DNA from: a virus
Length of the DNA: 39,383 nucleotides
Virus record (IMG/VR): IMGVR_UViG_3300045988_059515
Location: 1 to 39,383 of that record
Reading direction: 5' to 3' (one strand)
The notes beneath the pieces were generated by a model. The model did not search any database, had not been told where the DNA came from, and was given only the letters and a program-made list of their open reading frames with translations. A program made the position numbers and the translations under genes. Each line of letters opens with the position of its first letter. The first letter of the stretch is position 1. Shown here piece after piece: positions 28,046 through 34,645 of this stretch.

Positions 28046-29769
28046 TGGAGTGGACTGAAGAACAGATAGCTAAGGCTAAAGAGGACTTTAGGGTATTCAT
28101 ATACATGGTATGGAAGATGATTAGTCTACCTGATCCTACACCCATACAATACGACATAGCTCATACATTGCAGAACTTACCTAATGACCGCTTTATCATT
28201 GAGGGGTTCCGTGGTGTAGCTAAGTCATTTATCACTTGTGCATATGCTGTATGGACACTATGGAGAGACCCTCAGAAGAAAGTAGAGATTGTCTCCGCCT
28301 CTAAAGACCGAGCAGACGCTAACGCTATCTTTATCAAACGTATTATCTATACACTACCATTCCTAGCTCATCTAAAGGCTAGACCAGACCAACGAGATCA
28401 ACAGAACTTATTTGATGTCGGTCCTGCTGTTCCTGATATTTCTCCTAGTATTAAGTCAGTAGGTATTTCAGGACAGTTGACAGGTAGCCGTGCAGACTTA
28501 TTGATTGCCGATGACGTTGAAGTAGCTAACAATAGTGGCACTCAGACACAACGAGACAAGCTCAATGAAGCTGTTAAGGAGTTTGACGCTATCATTAAAC
28601 CTAAGGGACAAATCGTATATCTAGGTACTCCTCAGAACGAAATGAGCTTATACAATGAGTTGCAACAGCGTGGTTATCGTTGTCGCATATGGACTGTATT
28701 GTATCCTGAGAACTTATCTGAAAGAGAGTTCTATGGAGACCGCTTAGCAAAGATTATAGCTGACAAATACGACAATAACCCTGAGCTCTACGCTGGGAAG
28801 CCTACAGATCCTAGACGATTTGATGAGGAAGAAATTTATAAGCGTAGATTGTCTTATGGTAAAGCTGGCTTTGCACTACAGTTTATGCTTAACACTAACC
28901 TAAGCGACCAAGAGAAGTACCCATTGAAAGTACAGGACTTAATGATTGCTAACTTGTCGCTTGATGAAGCTAATCTCAAGTGGTACTGGAGCAATGACCG
29001 ACAACTCCGCATTAATGATTTACCTTGCGTAGCACTTAAGGGCGACTACTTTTATGAGCCTCAGGGACGCTCTAATGAAGTCTTTGAGTATACAGGTACA
29101 GTAATGGCAGTCGACCCATCAGGTAGAGGTAAAGATGAGACCTCTTATGCAGTCGTTAAGTATCTCAATGGCTACTTATTTGTCTTAGAAGTAGGTGGCA
29201 CTAGGGAGGGCTATAGTGATAGTACACTCCGACAACTGGCTAATAAAGCAAAAATCTATGGAGTTAATGAGATTGTCGTAGAGGGCAACTTTGGTGATGG
29301 TATGTTTTCACAGCTATTTAAACCAGTGCTAAATGACATACACCCTTGTAGCGTTACTGAAGTAAAGAACTATGCTCAGAAAGAGGCTCGTATCATTGAT
29401 ACCCTTGAGCCAGTCATGATGAGACATAAATTGATTATCCATAAGCAGGTTATCATTGATGACTACCAAGTCTATGAGAACGCTCCTGCTTACTCCTTGA
29501 TTTACCAAATGACACGCTTAAGCAGAGACAGAGGGGCACTGGCTCATGATGACCGCTTAGACGCTTTATGTATGGCAGTAGCATACTGGTTAGCAGTCAT
29601 GGATAGAGACGAAGAAATTGGTATGCAGGAACAGATAGAAGCTAAACTGGAGCAATGGCTTGATCCTGACAAAGGGGTATTCTACAGAGACGAAACAAAC
29701 CAAATGCGACCAATGGGACGCTCAGAAGCTAAAAGGATAAGCACCTATAATATACTTAAGAATTACTAA
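28045..29769 (+). CDS. Terminase large subunit (gp19-like)
   Basis: IIEGFRGVAKSF (T7 gp19-like Walker A region), LLIADDVE (Walker B); size 574 aa. Confidence 0.92.
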   Translation: MEWTEEQIAKAKEDFRVFIYMVWKMISLPDPTPIQYDIAHTLQNLPNDRFIIEGFRGVAKSFITCAYAVWTLWRDPQKKVEIVSASKDRADANAIFIKRIIYTLPFLAHLKARPDQRDQQNLFDVGPAVPDISPSIKSVGISGQLTGSRADLLIADDVEVANNSGTQTQRDKLNEAVKEFDAIIKPKGQIVYLGTPQNEMSLYNELQQRGYRCRIWTVLYPENLSEREFYGDRLAKIIADKYDNNPELYAGKPTDPRRFDEEEIYKRRLSYGKAGFALQFMLNTNLSDQEKYPLKVQDLMIANLSLDEANLKWYWSNDRQLRINDLPCVALKGDYFYEPQGRSNEVFEYTGTVMAVDPSGRGKDETSYAVVKYLNGYLFVLEVGGTREGYSDSTLRQLANKAKIYGVNEIVVEGNFGDGMFSQLFKPVLNDIHPCSVTEVKNYAQKEARIIDTLEPVMMRHKLIIHKQVIIDDYQVYENAPAYSLIYQMTRLSRDRGALAHDDRLDALCMAVAYWLAVMDRDEEIGMQEQIEAKLEQWLDPDKGVFYRDETNQMRPMGRSEAKRISTYNILKNY

Positions 29770-29774
29770 CCACT

Positions 29775-29812
29775 AACCCTAAGGAAGTCAGAACGATTTC
29801 TTTAGGGTTTTT
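29775..29812 (+). terminator. Intrinsic terminator after terminase
   Basis: 12-bp stem AACCCTAAGGAA / TTTCTTTAGGGTT (one G-U pair), 11-nt loop, then TTTTT. Confidence 0.75.
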
Positions 29813-29965
29813 GTGGCTATTAAGAGTGTACAGAGGTTTATTTTGTCGCCTAGAGATTGTCTAAGGTATTTATACCTAAGGAGTGACACAAACCTCTACA
29901 CACGCACAACAAAAATCGCCATAGAGGCTGATGGTTTATTAATAGACAGAAATAAATAAGAGTAC

Positions 29966-30044
29966 TATAGGCACTCTTTAGTCCCTCTATAAGCACTCTT
30001 AAGTCCCCCTCTTAAGTACCTCTTATAGCACTCTAAAGTCCTCC
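29966..30044. repeat. Three tandem ~21-24-nt repeats, TATA(G/A)GCACTCT(T/A)(T/A)AGTCC(C)CTC
   Basis: Read directly: tataggcactctttagtccctc, tataagcactcttaagtccccctc and tatagcactctaaagtcctcc. They carry CTTTAG/CTTAAG/CTAAAG cores. Confidence 0.8.
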
Positions 30045-30083
30045 TATGTATAACTTATTGTAATACTCTTATGATTATTTCTC

Positions 30084-30105
30084 AATGTACCCACGAGATA
30101 GAAGA
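30084..30105 (+). promoter_or_regulatory. Phage RNAP promoter, copy 2 (AATGTACCCACGAGATAGAAGA), upstream of int
   Basis: 21/22 identical to the other two copies. The predicted initial transcript forms AGAAGA-GTA-TCTTCT (30100..30114). Confidence 0.75.
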
Positions 30106-30120
30106 GTATCTTCTAGCTCT

Positions 30121-30138
30121 CTTTAGTTTTAACTAAAG
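30121..30138. promoter_or_regulatory. Palindrome CTTTAG-TTTTAA-CTAAAG; its 15-nt core TTTAGTTTTAACTAA repeats at 30259..30273
   Basis: Read directly; same CTTTAG/CTAAAG half-sites as the tandem repeats. Confidence 0.6.
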
Positions 30139-30377
30139 TCTATCTATTAGACAACTTGAGACATCTATGTCAATGGTTTCTCAAGAAAACTAATAGGCTT
30201 ATTTAGAATTTTAATTTAGTTATTAACTCTTAAGACAGCAATAAGAACTTATAGATTTTTTAGTTTTAACTAACGAAGTTTAGCAAACTAAAGGAACTCT
30301 ATAAGAATACTATTAGATACTCTTAATTACTTCCGAACCATACACCTTTAATGATATACTTAAGGAGTAGTAAAGTA

Positions 30378-30398
30378 CTCTTTAGGTATTCTAAAGAG
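30378..30398 (+). promoter_or_regulatory. Perfect 8-bp hairpin CTCTTTAG-GTATT-CTAAAGAG that sequesters the int Shine-Dalgarno
   Basis: The 3' arm contains AAGAG of the SD AAGAGG, which lies 6 nt before ATG 30408; coordinates were checked against the ORF-track translation. Confidence 0.6.
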
Positions 30399-30407
30399 GT
30401 GAACTTA

Positions 30408-31352
30408 ATGACATATTTAGAATACATTAATGAATGGTTAAAGTATAAAGAAAGTGAGTACTCTTATAGCACCTTAAGAACCTATAGAGCACTCATTAAG
30501 AAGCACTTTATACCATTCTTTAGAGACACAAAAGTAGAGGACTTAACACGACTACAGTTACAGCATTTCATCAATACACTAAAGACATCACAAAAGGTCT
30601 GTATAGCACTGCTTAAGAGAACCCTAAAGGAGCTCTACTACGATGAGCTAACCCCTAAGGACTTCTCTACACAGCTAAGGAAGCCACCAAAGGCACACGT
30701 TACAAGATCTAAACAAGCACTCACAAGAGAGCAAGTAGCCCAGCTATTCGACTACCTGAAGCCTAACTACTGGCACTACTTTATTCGACTACTGTTTAAC
30801 TCAGGACTACGAATAGGGGAAGCACTAGCTTTACAGTGGTGCGATGTCCTTTGGTACACTAAAGAACACACTTTAGTTCCTCAAAGGGAATACCACCAGT
30901 GCTCTTATGTAGTACTAAAGATAACAAAGACATTTGATGAACATATGGGAGCTCTACACGAGCCTAAGACAGCGACAAGTATAAGAGACGTAATAGTTAC
31001 TGATAGAGACACTATAGAGCTCTTATTTCACCAGTGGTCAGCTGTAGGCTTCCCAAAGAACTCTTATGTAGCCCAATCGAAACGCTGTAGTGATCAACCA
31101 GTATCAAGAGTAGCCATAAAGAATATCTTTAAGAAAGCTACAGAGGCACTAGGACTGCCATTTCTCTTAACTCCTCATCATGCTAGACTCAATTACACAA
31201 GCCACAGTTTAGCCTCAGGAGTTAGCGAAAAGAACCTACAAGCCCAACTAGGGCACAGCTCAACTAATCTAATTCGTAGTGTGTATGGGAAAGCCATTGG
31301 CAATCGTTTAGAGGAACTGATAGAACACAAAAGTATCTATTACTTCCGATAA
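30408..31352 (+). CDS. int: Tyrosine recombinase/integrase
   Basis: SAM-like N-terminal domain (YSTLRTYRALIKKHFIPFF), box I LLFNSGLRIGEALAL, HHAR...LGHSS...Y catalytic signature. ATG 30408 has an SD; the track start at 30351 has none. Confidence 0.88.
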   Translation: MTYLEYINEWLKYKESEYSYSTLRTYRALIKKHFIPFFRDTKVEDLTRLQLQHFINTLKTSQKVCIALLKRTLKELYYDELTPKDFSTQLRKPPKAHVTRSKQALTREQVAQLFDYLKPNYWHYFIRLLFNSGLRIGEALALQWCDVLWYTKEHTLVPQREYHQCSYVVLKITKTFDEHMGALHEPKTATSIRDVIVTDRDTIELLFHQWSAVGFPKNSYVAQSKRCSDQPVSRVAIKNIFKKATEALGLPFLLTPHHARLNYTSHSLASGVSEKNLQAQLGHSSTNLIRSVYGKAIGNRLEELIEHKSIYYFR

Positions 31353-32408
31353 CGATAATATAACTGTAAGAAGCCTAAAGGGAAAAATACTACAAAATTT
31401 TATGAGCCCATATATACTATTAAGATTAGAGCCACAGTCCCCCATGCCCCTGCCATGTCGTCGCTTCGCTCACGCTCAGCACTCCGCAGGTTCATTCAGT
31501 GTTACTCTCAGTACCTAGCATAGTCTCACTTTGCACGCCCACATTCACATCATGAGTTACCCTAAGTACGTTGGTGGGGCGGTTAAGTTTGAGTATACGA
31601 GCACTTACAATTTAGAACATCACGACGTGCAATTTGTACACCACAGAAGCACATTAGCACTCTTTAGTCCGCCTACAGTAGACATAAGTGTACAAATCGC
31701 TCAGCAATGCTTGTTGCCCGCCTATGGTTCACTCCGTTAGTTCGACCTATGGTCTCACTGTCGTTCACAGTAGTACCACAATAAGAACACTCACGGACTA
31801 CCTCAGAAGCTACCACAGCTCACCACTGGAAGCCACAGTACTCTTGTCGAGTACGTCCTGCATTATCACAGGTCTTACGTTCGACACAAATAATAACGAC
31901 AACAAAGTCATTCCCATGTATAACCACAGCTCACCAATGATTACTTTAGCACACTAAAGTATATCCAATTGTTATCCACAGGAATGACTTGGGTGTGCAC
32001 AAGCACCTCTATTGATTGAGGGCTTCTTGACGAGCCCTAGCGAGGAGCTTGCACACACCACCGAATGTACGACAACTGTTCGCCTAGTAGCAATCGGTAG
32101 TGAGCTCTACAGTGCACACAGTAGTGTTCCGTTTAGGACAGCGAGTACTCAACACTGGCGACAACTAGAAAAGCCAAATGGTGCACAACGTAGTCCTCAT
32201 GAGGGTACTAACAGCAATGCTCAAGTATAGCTTCAGTGTACACGTTGCACACAGTTGGTACTACTATAGTGCTGTTAAAGAATACATAAAGTAAACCAGT
32301 GGTAACACGTCAGACTGACAACTCACCACTTATTTGTCGACGTATCATACATGATCCACATCACGACAACCATAATATTAATTATTGACAAGCAATAAGC
32401 AATAAAAA
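31353..32408 (+). other. ORF-poor, hairpin- and repeat-dense segment with inverted C>G skew. Candidate large structured ncRNA and/or attP or origin-type DNA element; strand uncertain
   Basis: No SD-preceded ORF. Repeated modules have conserved hairpin architecture (details in findings). It lies downstream of the promoter at 30084 and ends at a terminator. Confidence 0.35.
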
Positions 32409-32453
32409 AGAGGCTCTACAGATTTCATAAAGATTTCTGTAAAGCCTCTTTTT
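32404..32453. terminator. Bidirectional intrinsic terminator
   Basis: 13/14-bp stem AGAGGCTCTACAGA / TCTGTAAAGCCTCT flanked by AAAAAA upstream and TTTTT downstream. It sits 8 nt from the stop of the minus-strand RHH gene. Confidence 0.85.
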
Positions 32454-32461
32454 GTGTGCTC

Positions 32462-32707
32462 TTATCGTTGGTTACGCATTATAAAATTTTCAGGACTGAC
32501 CTTTACTTTGTCGGTACCCTCTTGAGGGATAACAGTAGATTTTGTAGCCACCTCATGCACCATGAACTCACGCAAAGCCTTGGATACATTACCATCAGGG
32601 CAAACATTAGCGAAAGCGTCGCGAAGCTCGTGAGGTAGTCTAATAGTAAGAGTACTGTCAGCGTCAAGCGTTGCATAATAATATAATAATTGATAATTCT
32701 TTTCCAT
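32462..32707 (-). CDS. Ribbon-helix-helix (CopG/Arc/MetJ-type) DNA-binding protein; candidate repressor or regulator
   Basis: LTIRLPHELRDAFANVC...NVSKALREFM fits a beta-strand/helix/helix RHH pattern. SD AAAGGTGG lies 6 nt before the ATG. It is the only convincing minus-strand gene and is divergent from the early promoters. Confidence 0.8.
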   Translation of the reverse strand: MEKNYQLLYYYATLDADSTLTIRLPHELRDAFANVCPDGNVSKALREFMVHEVATKSTVIPQEGTDKVKVSPENFIMRNQR

Positions 32708-32728
32708 AATAAGCCACCTTTCAAAATG

Positions 32729-32753
32729 ATACTATATAAGATACCTATAGTAT
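32729..32753. promoter_or_regulatory. Operator-like palindrome ATACTATA-N9-TATAGTAT
   Basis: Perfect 8-bp inverted arms overlapping the -10 of the minus-strand promoter for the RHH gene. Confidence 0.55.
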
Positions 32754-32778
32754 AACATAAGTATAAACAAATTGTAAA
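32749..32778 (-). promoter_or_regulatory. Sigma70-like promoter for the RHH gene (TTTACA-18-TATACT on the minus strand)
   Basis: Read on the reverse complement; 41 nt upstream of the RHH ATG. Confidence 0.5.
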
Positions 32779-32821
32779 TACAAAAAGATAAAAGATTTAC
32801 GAAATGTTTATACATTATGTA

Positions 32822-32851
32822 TTGACACATTGTAATGACATAGTGTATAAT
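32822..32851 (+). promoter_or_regulatory. Sigma70-consensus early promoter (TTGACA-18-TATAAT)
   Basis: Perfect -35 and -10 hexamers in the AT-rich leader of the early gene block. Confidence 0.7.
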
Positions 32852-32884
32852 GTAATTAAAGATAAGGGCAGAAGCCCTAAAAAA

Positions 32885-32908
32885 TTTAACTATAATGTAC
32901 ATACAAAG
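32885..32908 (+). promoter_or_regulatory. Conserved 24-nt early element, copy 1 (TTTAACTATAATGTACATACAAAG; contains TATAAT)
   Basis: 23/24 identical to 33564..33587; both precede early gene blocks. Confidence 0.6.
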
Positions 32909-32929
32909 TGTACATACAGGAGGTAAACA

Positions 32930-33271
32930 ATGGACACTATTCAAATTACTGTAAATTTCACATTTGACAATCTTTATAGCGTACTCAGTGAAAGAGCTTG
33001 TGACACTTTGCGAGTAATTGCAAGCCATCACAAAATCAATAAATTTATGGAACTAGCTAGAGAGCTAGGCTATAGAGAGCTATCTATAAAGGAATGGGAA
33101 AGCATTTTAGATAATAATATCACAACTAGAGATAAAGCGGAAGCAGTGAGCAAAGTCTTAACACTATCCGACTTTGAAGCTCTACTATTAACGGAAGAAA
33201 CAGAGCTTTATTATAACTTAGGTATTCCACTAGATGAAAACTACGAACCATTACCATATGAGGAGGCATAA
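32930..33271 (+). CDS. Acidic early protein (113 aa) in the gene 0.3 position
   Basis: First early gene; strong SD (CAGGAGG); about 22 D/E versus about 10 K/R; shares an FTFD(N/D)L N-terminal motif with the next gene. Confidence 0.7.
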   Translation: MDTIQITVNFTFDNLYSVLSERACDTLRVIASHHKINKFMELARELGYRELSIKEWESILDNNITTRDKAEAVSKVLTLSDFEALLLTEETELYYNLGIPLDENYEPLPYEEA

Positions 33272-33275
33272 TACA

Positions 33276-33500
33276 ATGATGACATTAAAAGGGACGTTTA
33301 CATTTGATGACCTAATAGACTTATCAAGAGGTCAAACACAAGAAACACTATTAGAAATTAGAGCAATGGGGCTACAAGATGAATTTGAAGCAGTAGCCGA
33401 CGAGGTAGGAGATTGGGACGAGCTTTACAGCATGATAAATGGTATGTCTATCCCTGAATTATTAAACCTTGAAGAAGAGGAAGAGGAGGACGAAGAGTAA
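33276..33500 (+). CDS. Very acidic early protein (74 aa), paralog-like to the previous gene
   Basis: ATG after GAGGAGG; 23 of 74 residues are D/E; poly-E tail (EEEEEEDEE); FTFDDL motif. Confidence 0.7.
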   Translation: MMTLKGTFTFDDLIDLSRGQTQETLLEIRAMGLQDEFEAVADEVGDWDELYSMINGMSIPELLNLEEEEEEDEE

Positions 33501-33563
33501 TGTTACTAATGGCGGTTATTGTCTCAGGGGTTTACCTTTGGGCGGTTACAGATGACTTATTTT

Positions 33564-33587
33564 TTTAACTATCATGTACATACAAAG
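33564..33587 (+). promoter_or_regulatory. Conserved 24-nt early element, copy 2 (TTTAACTATCATGTACATACAAAG), with TTACAG 18 nt upstream of TATCAT
   Basis: 23/24 identical to copy 1. It is followed by the 5'-UTR hairpin CCCCTC-ATAA-GAGGGG (33601..33616) and an SD. Confidence 0.55.
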
Positions 33588-33631
33588 CGTAATTACAAGT
33601 CCCCTCATAAGAGGGGCGAAAGGAGCACACT

Positions 33632-33925
33632 ATGAAACTAGGGCAAGAACTACAGGCATTTATAACGAAGTACGGAAGTGTGATTTTAGACAAAGAGGGC
33701 AGTAAATGGGACGTATTCGTAGCCCTTGAGACTGCTGTAAGTAAAATCACAGGTACAGCAATAGAAATAAGACACGATGAAAGCTCATACATACTCTATC
33801 AAGATAACAAACAAATAGAATGGGTAGGCGATGGGCTCACACCATACGAACTACATTTATTGTCGGAAGCATTGCAAGGGCTAATAGAAGAGAAAGGCTA
33901 TAAAGTGCAATTAGTAGAAGCATAA
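33632..33925 (+). CDS. Hypothetical early protein
   Basis: SD GAAAGGAG; ORF track. Confidence 0.65.
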   Translation: MKLGQELQAFITKYGSVILDKEGSKWDVFVALETAVSKITGTAIEIRHDESSYILYQDNKQIEWVGDGLTPYELHLLSEALQGLIEEKGYKVQLVEA

Positions 33926-33937
33926 GGAGTAAAAAAA

Positions 33938-34285
33938 ATGAACAATTACATAACAGTAGGACACCTAGAAAGCCAAATTAAAAAAACTCACCCAAAAATT
34001 GCCGATGTATTACTAATGAGAATAGTTTTGCGTCTACACAAGGGAGATATAGAACCATTAAGCCTGCTTGAAGCTACAAACATACAAGCAGAGCGGAACG
34101 GCTGGGCACCAATTCCAGCATGGTTATATAACGAAGTCGGAAACGAATTAATCTTAAGCCAATACCTAAAAGCAGGCGGAGCGAACCCATATGGATCAGA
34201 AGATTTTATCCACCTGTACGCAGATGAGTATGGCGATTGGTACGCAGACATAAGCGAAATAGTAGAAGAGGTATACAGATTTTGA
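33938..34285 (+). CDS. Hypothetical early protein
   Basis: SD TAAGGAG; ORF track. Confidence 0.65.
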   Translation: MNNYITVGHLESQIKKTHPKIADVLLMRIVLRLHKGDIEPLSLLEATNIQAERNGWAPIPAWLYNEVGNELILSQYLKAGGANPYGSEDFIHLYADEYGDWYADISEIVEEVYRF

Positions 34286-34509
34286 AAAAGAGGGAGCTTG
34301 AAGCACTAATAAGAGAATTTAAAATCTCATCTCTAAAGCTAGCAAGAACTATGGAACGACTAAGGGACGCCAAGCAAGCCATAGAAAAGCGAGCACAAGA
34401 AAACGATGGGGAAATATCAAAAGATGACGCAGTAAGACATGAGATACTAGCAAGACTTTTTGAACAGTCTTATGAAGAGATTGCGGACGCTATGAACAAA
34501 TTCCCATAA
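34282..34509 (+). CDS. Hypothetical early protein (start uncertain: TTG 34282 with GAAGAGG SD, or the track TTG 34237)
   Basis: ORF track frame; helical, charged sequence; followed by a terminator. Confidence 0.45.
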   Translation: MKKRELEALIREFKISSLKLARTMERLRDAKQAIEKRAQENDGEISKDDAVRHEILARLFEQSYEEIADAMNKFP

Positions 34510-34519
34510 GACACTAACT

Positions 34520-34564
34520 AAATACACCTATTGAAACCTTGATTTGTCGATAGGTGTATTTTTT
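34520..34564 (+). terminator. Intrinsic terminator between the early genes and the RNAP gene
   Basis: 12-bp perfect stem AAATACACCTAT / ATAGGTGTATTT, 18-nt loop, T-run. Confidence 0.75.
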
Positions 34565-34645
34565 ATACCCTTTTTGCACCGCTCAGGGCGGTCAAAACGT
34601 ATGCAGGCGGTAAGCCAAAGGCAAAAACCGAGGAGGTCAAGAGAT

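Noticed and set aside
31531-32230. The + ORFs 31531..31740, 31688..31957 and 32012..32230 as protein-coding genes
   Set aside because: They have TTG or GTG starts without an SD and overlap each other. Their S/T/H/C-rich products are unlike the rest of the proteome. The DNA is better explained by hairpin and repeat modules.
32456-33031. ORFs 32456..32638 (+), 32503..32724 (-) and 32732..33031 (-)
   Set aside because: The first two overlap the RHH gene in other frames or antisense. The third spans the AT-rich promoter region and the start of the first early gene, and encodes an I/Y/F-rich string typical of AT-rich non-coding DNA.
34544-34645. N-terminal extension of the RNAP ORF from TTG 34544
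   Set aside because: It runs through the terminator hairpin and has no SD. ATG 34646 has GAGGAGG. Similar upstream extensions were trimmed for nrdD (3760), the endolysin (25902), int (30351) and the second acidic protein (33234).
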